Origin: Guillardia theta CCMP2712
Lineage: Eukaryota; Protista; Cryptophyta
Assembly (NCBI RefSeq): GCF_000315625.1
Contig: NW_005434621.1
Span: 126,744 to 190,743, forward strand
Direction: 5' to 3'
DNA length: 64,000 bases
A program made the translations under genes and the position numbers. The notes beneath the pieces were generated by a model, which saw nothing but the letters and a program-made list of their open reading frames with translations, ran no database searches and was not told the DNA's origin. Positions 36,909 to 48,999 of the stretch are shown in pieces. The number at the start of each line of letters is the position of its first letter. Position 1 is the first letter of the stretch.

Positions 36909-38197
36909 GTTCGGTTGTTCTCTTCCTCCACATCTTTCCCTCCTTCGCGCTACACAGCTTCTGTTCCTCGCCCTCGTCCTCGCCCTCGCCCTCTCTGACC
37001 TTCGCGCTTCCACAAGGTGTCCCTTCCACCATTTTTGCCTTGTCATTCTTTACTCCCTCATACAGCCCGCACGGTAGTCTCATCCCCCGCATAAAACATG
37101 GAAATGCTGCCGTGGGTATGGCCGCGGGTAGCCAAGGGAAGAGCACGAGGATCGTTCGATACATGTGATGCAGGAAGATGAAGGACGGAAGCTAGGAACA
37201 CAACATGAGCGCTTCTATCTACCATCCTTTCTTTGCCACGAACCTCTTTCCGAATGTTTCCCTTTTTCCCCAAACACCTTTGGTAACTCGCATGCTAACT
37301 GAACCTTGATCCTCCTCCCCACCTTCGGCGTCTCCCCTGTGTTCTTGTGCTCTGTACCACATTGGACGTGTTGTGCAGCTGCAAGGTTGGTCATCAGTGA
37401 AGCTGTGTGCATCCGGGGGCGCCGGGCGGAAATAAGACCCTTCAAGGCGTTTAAGTGGATTGCCCCTGATTTTTGTTCCAGAGCGACCATGTCTTCGAAA
37501 CAGCTTGAAGAGATTCATCGTGCATTCCAGGGGCCACCTCCTCGTCAGCTGTCCAGGTTGCCTGAGAGGAGTTGTACCGCAGGGGTTTGAAGTGCTTTTG
37601 CACGCAGGGCAGGGAAAATGGTTCTGTTTACTTGGTTAACGCTCGCTGTTGTCTTTGTTGGGTTGTACTCCCAAGGCTACTGCCAGACACCTCAATGCTG
37701 GATTCCTCTCACGGTTTGCCGATGCTGAGGATCGGAGCACTTCTAACGTTTGAGTTGCAGATTGCTGTTTGGTTCTCTGGGGTTATGATGACGATCTTTG
37801 TGGTAGGGTTGCGGGTTGTGGTGGACGAGTTGGAGGGTGACTTTGCTGCAGGCTACTGAAGGTGTTGATCCGGAGATAATGAAGAAGAAGGAATCATAGT
37901 CCGCAAGATGTACATACCTGTTCTATTCATGTTATAAATGGATGAAAAGATGCACACGTTTCTCGATTGGGCAATTGGATGGAAGTGTAAACATGCCAAG
38001 AAATCGTATGAAGCAGCCTTGTCACAACGACAGCATATATGAGCCTCAAGCTCCTGTAACTCGACCGAAGGAAAACAGCACAAGCAGCTGTTGCAACTAG
38101 TTTACAAGGTTCTGTCGATGTCATGACCAACAATGTTTAAAGAAGTGATGGAAGGGCAGCTCTTGGATTATTTCCTGATTCAATATTCCACTCTAAA

Positions 38198-39478
38198 TTA
38201 TGAAGAGGCCTTTCCTCCCTTCTTCTGCTGATCGCTGAGAACGCGCTTCACGATCTTCTGTTCCTCAATCAAGAATGCACGGATGATGCGCTGACGAACG
38301 CAAGTTCCGCATCTGTATCAGGGTGAGCATGAAGAGCATCGAATCAGTAGGGAAGTAAGCTCACCTTGCTCCACCATATGCACGAGAAACTCTCTTCATA
38401 CGCTTAGTAGTTGACTTGAGCTCGCAAGGACGGAGAGCCTTGAGGCCGCGGAGAACGCATCCGCAGTCTCCGCACTTGGGGACAGAGGCGGGTTTCTTCA
38501 CATACAAGATGTTGAGCCTGAGATCTCTATGAGCCACGAGCATACAGAGAGTGCCGGACAACACAAGATCAACAGGGGATGTGAAGTGGATGATAGAGGA
38601 GAGGAGAAGTGGGAGATTGTTGTTGAAATGGAGAATCAATGCGGAAACGAGTTTTCACCTGCCCCCGGGAGTCTTGACGACACGGGTCTTGTTGCTCTTA
38701 GTGTTGTAAGAGTGTCTACGCCTGATAAAGATCGTAAGTCAACAAGGAAATCAACAACCTCATGCATATCTCACGTATCTCTACTCAGATCTATGCAATA
38801 CACTGCCCCAACATCACAACATATCGACTACAACGCTGCCACTTCTTGACAATCTTTTCGAGGACAACACAACATGAACAACCATGAATTCTTCACAGAA
38901 CAACAACATCAACAGCAACAACTATACAGCGATCACCAAAGTGCTATCGCAAGTTATCAGTCATTCACACATTAAAGACCATCAGTATCACCGAACAAAT
39001 TCTAACTGGGATAGTCTATAACGAACAACCACGCACAAGTTTCATACAAAAATATTCATGAATAAGACTTGATCAGGCACGATGTGATTCATATCATTGC
39101 AATGAGACGAACCCAACGCCCCATACTCAACTCCTAATCCTGACCTACTTCACCAGGCTATGTTTTCAAGGCAGATGGTAATAAGCCAATCATACAACAA
39201 ACAAGTTCACAGCTTCCTTGAAACATCTGAATTGACCACCAGGGTAATAACTTCTTCATCGCCATTACCCCTCACACCATCACCACCACCTAATTGCCTG
39301 CACCACGTACCACACATATCTCATCATCCCCTAGCGAGAAACAACAATGCATGCATGTGAGTCCTCTGTGACATCCTCTGAATCCGCATGTATCTCATCA
39401 TTTCGATATTCATCTGTTCTCTGCACCCGCACTTTCTCTCCGCGATCATCACCTGAACGTGAGCCTCGTGTCCTTCAT
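38198..39478 (-). CDS. RPL34: 60S ribosomal protein L34 (eL34)
   Basis: MKDTRLTFR|RRHSYNTKSNKTRVVKTPG|RLNILYVKK...PKCGDCG...KRVSRAYGG|CGTCVRQRIIRAFLIEEQKIVKRVL. First intron 38722..39452. Confidence 0.95.
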
Positions 39479-39991
39479 TGTCGCCTCCTCCGCACGCACG
39501 CGCCCTCCACGCCTTTTTTTTAGGGTACCCCCCACCCCCACGACCTGCCAGTTCATCACGATGCTCCACACCCACCCCATCAAATGGATACCACCCCTAT
39601 TTTTCAATGTTTACATGACGGGTGATAGACATACCCAGGGTGGTAATAAGTACCCTACCCTGTTTGTCATCGTACACTCACCCCCTATTCAGAAAGGATT
39701 TGGTACAGGTAGTCAACCACCCACAGAGTACCGTACCCAATGTAGCACGAGAGGCAAGAGTAGCATCCTACCCATGAAAGATCTGCGATTTTTCGATTGA
39801 GTCACTAAGTGAAAGAGGCAAGGGTCTCGAGTTCTCTTCCACAGACTCTGTCGTGAAACCAGACGATGCCGGCCCGGAATCTCAACCCCGGGCCCGGAGT
39901 TTTCAGTGACCCAGTGGCAACATCATCACCCTCATTCACTTTGAGTTGAGTAATCCCATCAAACTCTGGTGCCAGGTGTCCTCAGGCGAAC

Positions 39992-42616
39992 ATGGCGGAC
40001 AAGATGGACACCGACGGAGACGACAAGGTGCGGCATGGCGAGCACTGGAGGAGGAGGGAGAGGAGAATCAGATATCAGACGAAGGAATGCTTGAGAGGAG
40101 AGGAGAGGAGAGGAGAGGAGAGGAGAGGGATGCAGAGAGAGAACATGTGAGGGGCACATGTGGAGGGGAAGTAGGAGGGAAACAAGATTCTTTTACAAAG
40201 AACCTGTGTGCGAGATAGAAGGAGGGGAGGGGAGGAATCTGGAAGCTGGCAATCTCAAGGGGGTAACAAGATGAGAGGCGAAGGTGTAATTGAAGTGTGG
40301 ATCGAGGAGAAAGAAGAAGGGCCAATGGAGAGATCAGATATCGGATTGATGAACCCGTTGGGAGTAAGCAACAACAGTGAAGATTGAGGTTACAATACAC
40401 CCAGCGATATTAGCAGACAGAGGGGGGAAATGAGTGGACCACATCTCAACAAGATAGAATGATCCTGTAGGGAGGATTCAAAGAAGGCAGGAAGGAAAGG
40501 TTTCACACCTGAAGCACTGTACCTTTTGCGTTGCCAGTACTTGAAACAAAGTCGACAGAACGCCTGACAATTTGTTTTCTTTCAGGGCCAGGGTCAGGGC
40601 GAAAAGAAGAATTTCATAAGCTCGAAAAATAAGGATGACATGTCAATCTCTACAAAGAAGAAGGAGGATTTCGGACCACTTCTTGAAGCATCGATCCCTC
40701 AAAACAGAGATTTAGCACTGAAGGAAGGCAAGAAAGCGGAGGCAATAGAAAATTTGCTCACGGTAATAGATCAAGTTGTGATTTCTGTTGGTGATATTGT
40801 GTGTTTCAGGTTGAGAAGCAAACTCGTTTGGCGGGAGATGCGATTGCGACTGGGAAGTAAGTAGAGTTACTCTTTCTTGAAATTCGATGATTGTATCCTT
40901 CCAGGGTTGCCGTTGAGATCATCAAAATCCTTTATGAGACAAAGGACTGGGAGGGTATCAACAGTCATGTTATCCTCATCTCAAAACGGCGCCAACAATT
41001 GAAGCAAGTTTTGGTCGAAATCGTGCAGGTCATTCGTGTAAAAGCAATGTCTGGATCTTGTGATATTACTTTCAGGAAGCCATGAAATACATCGATAGTA
41101 CTCCAACTGAACCAATTAAGCTAGAGCTCATTCACGTACGACCTTTGGAGTGGTGGAAACATGATCTGACATTTGCTTTAGACTCTCAGAGCTGTAACTG
41201 ATGGGAAGATTCACGTTGAGTTGGAAAGAGCTAGATTGACAAGAACGCTGGCAAAAATCAAGTACAGAAGTCTTCTATTTGAAATCTGAGTGTCTAAAAT
41301 TGCGTGACGAACAGGGAGGCAGAGGGAAAGATTGCAGAGGCTGCTGATCTCATGCAAGAAGTTCAAGTAGAAACGTACGATTTGTGAATGATGTTGCGTT
41401 GTTGTCCCGTAAACGATTTTTTTTATCAGGTATGGGTCGATGGAGAAGGAAGAAAAAGTTGATTATATTCTCGAACAAGTCAGATTATGCTTGGACAAGG
41501 GAGATTACGTTAGAGGAGCAATCGTCAGCAAGAAGATTTCGTCCAAGACATTCAAGGATGATCAGTTACAAGAATTGAAGCTGCGGTATTAGTTGAATCG
41601 TATTTTCATGTCACGTTGACGGGGATCTTGCTTTGCAGCTACTATGAGCTCCTTAACAGAATCGCGGACGAAAAAGATGAATACTTTGAAATGGCACAGA
41701 ACTTCCATGAAATGTGGAATACCCCCTCACTTCAGGTACGCAAGCGAAGCCTCAACCCATGGAGCATGGCTAATTCGATGTCCTTTCAGGATAAGCCAGA
41801 GAAGTGGATGCCGTTGTTGAAGAGCGTCATTGTGCTGCTGATTCTTTCACCTCATGATAACCATCAAAACGACTTCCTTGTTCGATTGCTGGAAGAGAAG
41901 AAACTAGAGCAGATTCCTCCTTACAAGGTACCAAAACTCTTCCTTTTGAATGATTTCTTTATGATAGAACGATTTCAGGTCCTTTTGTCGCATTTCAAGA
42001 CTATGGAGCTTATTCAGTGGTCGTCGTTCCAAGAATTGTACAAGGCTGAGCTGCAAAGCCATGCTGCGTTTCAGGTACTGTGGAAGATGTTTGTTTTCTT
42101 TGGCTGAATTTTTGTAGGGTGATAAGGGTAAGAAGCGATGGGACGATCTGCACGCAAGGGTTGTGCAGCACAACATCAGGGTAGTCTCGACCTACTACAC
42201 GAACATCCGTATGGCTAGACTGGCACAGCTCCTTGAGCTGTCTCAGGAAGAAGCGGAGAAGTACGTGTGTGACATGGTCATACTTGTTTTTCATCCATTT
42301 TTCAAGTTTCTAACTCACGATGCAGGTTGTAGCCGGATCGTTGTGGTGTCGCATTGACCGACTGAAGGGAATCGCTACCTTTGCTCCTACAAAGGACCCA
42401 AGAGACACCCTCAACAGGTATTAGTGCTTTTGACAGCTGCATTGCTTTCTTGACTTGGCGATCCTTTAGCTGGAGCAACAATATTTCCGAGCTTCTTGGC
42501 AAGGTAATCAGAGTATTCAAGTTATTGGACACGAGCTTACTATGCCTCAGGTTGAGAAGATATGTCACCTTATCCACAAAGAAACTATGCTTCACAACGT
42601 CATTAAGCAGTCTTGA
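39992..42616 (+). CDS. RPN5: 26S proteasome lid subunit Rpn5/PSMD12 (many short introns)
   Basis: Motifs in order: LEKQTRL, ISKRRQQLKQ, VTDGKIHVELERARLT, EVQVETYGSM, ILEQVRLCL, LILSPHDNHQND, RVVQHNIRVVSTYYTNI, CHLIHKE. Confidence 0.95.
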
Positions 42617-42734
42617 TCCCCTGCTTTTGAGAGTAAATTTCTCTGATTCTTGTGCATTTCTATCTTTATCCTTTGTGCGACACTTGTAGCTCTTACAAGA
42701 TCAATATTTAAGTTTTCTCTTGTACCTCTTATCA

Positions 42735-43626
42735 TCACAAAACCCCAAAGTATCTTCTCTGCTCCTCAGCCGTCTTGTCGTCTTCTCCAATTACACATCG
42801 ACACATCATAATTCTATTTCACATACCCATCTTCTTCTCGTCTTGAGAAAATTCAGCCTCTACAACCTTCTTCTCTGCGCTCTCACTGTGTCCAAGGCTC
42901 TGTGACCTGCTCGTTAGTCTCCCACCCACCATAACGAGCAACGACCTTCTCTGGTGAGATGATATCCCTGACTCGCTGCTTGATCTCTTTGGCTTCAGGA
43001 AACCTTCCTTCCGTCTTCCTGCTCCATATCGTCTTTCCATTCAACCTGTTGTCACCTTCACGACCTTGAGAGAGTGAGCGCCCCCCCCTTCACCGGATGT
43101 CAAACACCCCGCCCGGCCGGACCCGAGATGGGACAAGAGCCACACTTCCGATGTCGGCCTCGAACGTACTACTCCAACCATAAGAGAATACCCAGCTGAA
43201 GTCAATCACGTCTCACGTCAACAGCTCCTGGGCCAGCCAAGCTCCTCGCAGCATCCACCTACAACCGGTGCAATACCTGCATTACGCTGGTGAGGTCTGA
43301 TACGGGCAACATGAGCGACGAATACTCTATCTCCACGATGGGCAACTTGGGCATGTACTCTCCACTCTGATCGCACATACTGTAAAACTTTGTCTGTGGT
43401 CGAATCGACACCCCGCGCTCGCGATGCAGTCGAGGAGCAAATGCTGAGATCTGGAAACCGGATGTAGTTCCTGGAAACATGACTGAGCTGCAGTGCATGG
43501 GGGGCAGAGAGGAGGAGGGAAGGATGGAGGTATGCTGTGGAGGTAAGGAGCCAGGAATGAGGGTGGTGGAGGAGAGGAGTTCTCACCCAGCATGGCTAGC
43601 ACAAGAAGAAACGACGGAGCGCCCAT
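42735..43626 (-). CDS. Rdx family (SelW/SelT/SelH-like) protein, Cys form, with N-terminal targeting peptide
   Basis: VEIEYCTGCRWMLRGAWLAQELLTTF...GGVFDIRLNGKTIWSRK...FPEAKEIKQRVRD...SLGHS. N-terminus MGAPSFLLVLAML. Confidence 0.88.
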
Positions 43627-43996
43627 AGCGAGTCGGGGAGAATTCCAATGGGACACATGGTGGGGTAATTTCCACACAAAGGGGGGGTTGTGGGTAGCCT
43701 GCGTTGGGGACGGGTGCTTCTGATATGGAACAGGGGGGTAAAGGTGGTTGTACTTGAGTAAAACTAAAATTATTATAATACTTGGTACTCTTGTTGTTTG
43801 TAACTTTTACATTAATTGTAGAGGGTCTATAAGCTACTATATTTGACTTTTTAAAGTTAATTATAATTAAGAAGATACAATGCATAAATTATTATTTATT
43901 TCATATAGAAATTACATTTATTTAAAGTAATATATATATATTTCTGTTTTAGTTTTACAAGAAGTTGAGGTGGCGGCAGCGAAGAGGCGCGTCGCC

Positions 43997-46861
43997 ATGC
44001 AGTCGCAGGCGGCTGCTCAGCCATGGCGAGCGGCAGCAGCGGTGGCAGGTGAGCTCATGGTGGACAAGGGAGGAAGATAAAAATATGCGGCTTCATCCTG
44101 CACACACTGCTGACTTATCTCTCTGCTCACGATCCCTCCTACCTCCCGTGGCTCCAAGATGTCGTTTGTGTGTCTTCTCCTGCCACGTGTAATCTGTGTG
44201 TTGTCATCTGATGCTCGGAATCTCATTTTGTCTTGTCATTTTGGTTGTGAATACCATGTTGTGCCTCGGAGACATGTTGAGAGCACTCACAGCCCACTGA
44301 AACATCTTGCGCTGATTGACGATGTTTCACAGTTGTGCTGGTGTCGGTCGGCATCGTCGCGGTCTCTCTCTCTCAGAGTCGAGCGGGAACAACCGAGCTT
44401 CTCTCAGGGGACAGTATTGATTTCACAACGGCCAAGGGCCCCAATGGGGAGCCGCCGATGCACTTGTCTGGACAGATCGGTACATGACGTGACTAGTCCC
44501 TACAGCATGTTTTGACGATTTGCGAACAGTGTCTCTATCCGATGAATCAGCTCCATCATCATCCACTTCTACCATTGGAATTGCTCAGCCCACTCAGCCT
44601 CCAGGCTATCCATACCCCATGCCTGGAGGAGTCCCTCCGCAAGTGCAGGTGTCCATTCCTGCTCCCCAGGTCAGACTGGTCGCACTAGTACCTACCTTGT
44701 GACCTTGTCGATTCCCTGCAGATTGTTCCGCAGACTGTAACAGTCAGTGGTCCTTTGGACAATCTCCTCAAGTCCTTGACGGCGGACATTGCTCAAGATA
44801 ACCTTGCGATCGACGCCCTCAGGACCCAGGTGAAATTGTTGCGATCGAATTCCTGCGATGCTGACTCTTCTGCGACGTGAAGGTTGCCACTCTTGCCGCC
44901 GCCAACATGGAGCTCCAGAAGAAGTACGATTACATGGCATCAAAGCCTCCTCCTCCTGGCCAGACCGGACCACCGGGAGTTCGTGGTCTCACCGGTCCTC
45001 CTGGACCCCAGGTACTGACTCGATCTGGAAATAGCACCGCAGTTTCCTTGAGGTGGCGCCGTTTGCTGACCTTGTGATTGAAAGGGCTTCATGGGACCTC
45101 CAGGATTCACTGGCCCTCCCGGACGTCCAGGAATTGCAGGGCTTCCTGGACCGATGGGTCTCCCTGGCAAGGTGTGAAGAAGAGTCTCCTGTTTGGCAAT
45201 ACTCTTATCCTCGATACAGGTCGGACCTCCGGGCAAGCAGGGACCCTTTGGTCCTCCTGGAGTACCTGGACAGCCGGGTACAGCCTCCTCCTTGTTGCTC
45301 GTCCCTTTGTCTTGTCCTGCCTGTTCTTCTTTGTTGAATCGGTTTTGCAGGCATCACCGGACCACAGGGTCCTGCGGGACCTGAGGGTGAGCGTGGCCCA
45401 CAGGGACCAGCTGGTCCTACTGGACCGCAAGGATTGCGGTAAGTACATTTCAGAAGATGTGCGAGCCCAAGTGCTGACCGGTCTGGCAGTGGTGCTGTTG
45501 GACCTCCGGGCTTGACTGGACCTATGGGAACTCCTGGTGTGTGGCCATCACCGACCCGTCAAGAGCTGGTTGTGAGAGGTTGATCGTCAGGTACCCCTGG
45601 AGCCCCTGGATTGCCCGGCGAGGTTGGCCCGATGGGTCCCCCGGTAAGAGAGTTGGCATCGCGCCCCGCGAGGACTTGACTTGGGGCTCTGCAGGGTGCC
45701 ATGGGAAAACCATTGAGGGTTGCAGTCTATTTTGGAAAGTACACGGACTCTACTCGCAATGGACGTCTTCTGGTTCAATCCTTGGTACATGATGGCAATT
45801 GTGAGTTCCATTGAATTCTGATTCACGTCTTAATAGGTCCGTTCCGCCGGAGCTGTTGTGACCTACTTCTATGGCTTCACCAATTCTGATCTGGGACGAG
45901 CTTACCAAGCACAGGTGACAGCAACATCAGTGTGATCTTACATGTTTGACGCGCGTATCTTCAAGGTCATTGTCATTCCTGAGATCATGAACGGAATGCC
46001 CGACGTTATGCCTGATGCTGCTAGAAGTATGTCCCAGGTGAACTTGCAGTCTCTACGTTCGACCAGGTGCTGACGGTGCTCGATTCCAGTACATTGAGGC
46101 TGGAGGAAAGATCATTTTCGCTGGCTCCAAGAATGGTGCAGGTGACGGACTGCTCTTGGGTGCAATGTTGTAGCTGACTGGACTCACAGCCTTCATCAAC
46201 TCTATCTTCGGAACCTCGTTGGTGTACGCATTCATCACGATGCCAACGACAAGAACTGGAGCTGCAAGTGGAACTAGATTCATGCGGGTCAGCCCTCTGC
46301 TTCTTGGTGTCGTGCCTCGCTGATGTTCTCTGGCAGGTGTCTGGTCAACTACCGGCATTGCAGGCCGTGTACGGAGTGACCGACCTGAGCTTGGGTGGCC
46401 ACAAGCCTGGACAGGCAAGAAAATTCAGCCAAGTTCTGTCAATTCGAGCGTGACATTTCAACAGATGTTGTACTGCATGTACGAGGCAGAGGGCGCATGC
46501 AGCGTGTTCAGGATGAACTATGGTGAGTGGCTTTTGGACTTTCGCTCGCCTTGTGGCTTATTCCTCGAACAGGGAAGGGAGTTATGTACTATCTCGGCTT
46601 CGACTGGTACAACAGCCCCCGACAAGCCGACACATCACGGTAAGGACTTGCCTGCCCTTCGCTCTTCCCATGTCTGCCTGATTTCTACCATCTTTGCCGT
46701 TCCCTCTGATCGAGCTCTTCGTTCTTTCTTCATCGTTACGTGCCCTTCTCCCCCCTCCCCCCGTTCTGCTATCTCTGTTCCGAGCATCACTGATCCAATA
46801 TGCAGATGGGACATGGCGCTCGGGGCTGCTGTTCTCCCGGAGTATTCACCTTAGATTGTAA
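43997..46861 (+). CDS. Collagen triple-helix repeat protein with C-terminal globular domain
   Basis: About 43 consecutive Gly-X-Y triplets (GPP, GPQ, GER, GLP) spread over six short exons at ~44957-45645. Outer exon limits approximate. Confidence 0.8.
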
Positions 46862-47040
46862 CATTCTCGCTCTTCTCCGGCATGAGCCTGTTGCTATTAA
46901 TTCTTTTCCCGCGCTAAAAAACAGTAAAAACCGTCCTACTCTGATCCAATGGGGGCAAGACACAAAGGAGTTACATGCTTTAGGCTTGCGTGTGCAGTTT
47001 TGAGATGTTTTTCATTGCCAAATTCATTGCCAATTTCATG

Positions 47041-47895
47041 TCAAAAGGTGCTGATAAGCTCTTGCAAGCGGTTAACCTCCTCGTTCATCTGCACCAACAT
47101 GTCCCTGTCGATCTCAAACCTGCAGCAGCAAGAATGTGATCGGAAAAGAAAGGGCGTCAGAGACGTCGGTCGAACTCACTTGACAGTGTTGGTCTTGTCT
47201 TCATCTCTCGCGTTGGACATGTTCAACTCCATAATGGCGCAGGGCTGGGAGGAAGGGACGGGCCGATGTCAGTCGAGGTTGAGGGGGAGGAGGAAGGGAG
47301 GAGTCAGATGCGAATCAGGGGATACACCAAGGAGAAGGCAGGGGACGGTCGTGCTTACCTCATTCAGATCCTCTACATATCGGCTCTTGGTGCTTACATC
47401 AACCCTCCTGCGATGTTGAATCAGTCTCCGATCAGGGCACTCTCTTGCAGACCATGAAAGTCGCTTCAAGTTGTTCCCCCAGAAGCTCTGCTTCGTCGCT
47501 TCTTCGCGTATCTTCGCACAAACCCCTTTCATTCACAGACAGCGGGCAGGAATAGCCCTCAACCTTGGGTTCGTTCCTCCTCCATATCCTCAGCAAGGCT
47601 TCGGCGACCTCGGCACTAACCTCAGCCTCCTGCGGCATCTCCCGTCATGATCTACCAGGAGGGTAGGAGGGTGAGCACCTTCACATGGTCCTCCATCATG
47701 GACATCGTCCACGCCCCTGCGCTTGCTCTCGATAGGATTTCACCACAGACATCCATGTTCCCCTCCACGACTGCTCAACAGCATCAACAAGAAGTTCAGC
47801 GAGCATGTTCACATGCTCTGACCGGATCTCTCCGCGGGATCCTCGGGGTCCAGCAGGCTCTCAACCTTAGGGTCCATCTCTATCTGTCGTGCCAT
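47041..47895 (-). CDS. COMM domain protein, COMMD1-like (5' end uncertain)
   Basis: LLRIWRRNEPK|IREEATKQSFWGNNLKRLSW|RVDVSTKSR...LNE|PCAIMEL...FEIDRDMLVQMNEEVNRLQELIS*. Confidence 0.8.
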
Positions 47896-48045
47896 GAGTC
47901 CAAGGCAATACGCCGCAGGGAAGCATCCGCAGAAGAATGGTTGTCACCACCCTACCTCAAACTTGGTGATCCCACCATGCTGCTCCTGCACCTCTCTTAT
48001 CCTCCTCCCCCTCCTTCTTCTCTTCTCTTCTCTTCTCTTCTCTTC

Positions 48046-48078
<33 letters not shown>

Positions 48079-48999
48079 TCTCTTCCTCCTCTTCCTCCCT
48101 CCCCTCCCTCCCTCCCTCCCTCCCTCCCTCCCTCCCTCCCTCCTCCTTCCTCCTCCCTCCTCCTCCTCCTCCTCCCTCCTCCTCTCTCATCTCTCCTCCT
48201 CCTCCTCTCTCATCTCTCCTCCTCCTCCTCCTCCTCCTCCTCCCACACCATCGTGGTTCCTGCCACCTCATCTCCACCATTGCCTGGTATCTAAACCCCT
48301 ACAGAGCTAATCCCTCATTCTACCACCCCTTCGAACCTCCGCTCCCCAGTGTACCCCTACCTACACCATATCGTGCAAGTACCCACCCTCCTTACTCTAT
48401 GTTCCGTACTTTTGACCCACCCCCAGTGGGAAGATCTCGAGACCTTTTGTCTGCTTTGCTCACACCCCTACCCCCTTCTTTCCTTCTTGATACCCCTCAA
48501 TATGTCAGGAAGGACTACCCCACCCTCCGGGGCACCCACTCCTTTCTGTACCCCTTTCTTTCATAGTATTTGTACCCCTTTCCATAAGGGCCGTAGACTA
48601 CCCACTACCCCCTTTCTCTCTGTAACCTCAATGGGTGGTCAGAGAGCCCAAATAGTACCCTCAACCCCCTTGGATATCTTGTAAAGAGGGGGTGGTAAAG
48701 AGGTCTCCGAGTTTCGGTTTCGCCATGGGAGTGCGGAAGGCAGAAACTTTTCATGCAGAGGCGGGAGAGGAAGGGAGGGAGACGATGATGGCAATGAAGA
48801 TGATGAAGAAGATATGGAGGAGAAACAGGACGTACCAAGAGTAGAACGCAGGAAGATCTTGAGGAGAGGAGGGGAGGGGAGGACAAGGAAGGTGAGGGAA
48901 AATCAAGAGAAGGTAAAAGTGGGACTATGGCTTGTGTTTGAGAGAAGGAAAGACATACATCTTCAAAGGAGCGCTTCCTTCCCGTCCTTCCAAATATTC

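Noticed and set aside
37050-38150. Short ORFs between the PDZ gene and RPL34
   Set aside because: No recognisable domain or convincing gene model.
42735-43626. Selenoprotein (UGA recoding) in the Rdx gene
   Set aside because: The motif is CTGC with two Cys codons; no in-frame TGA.
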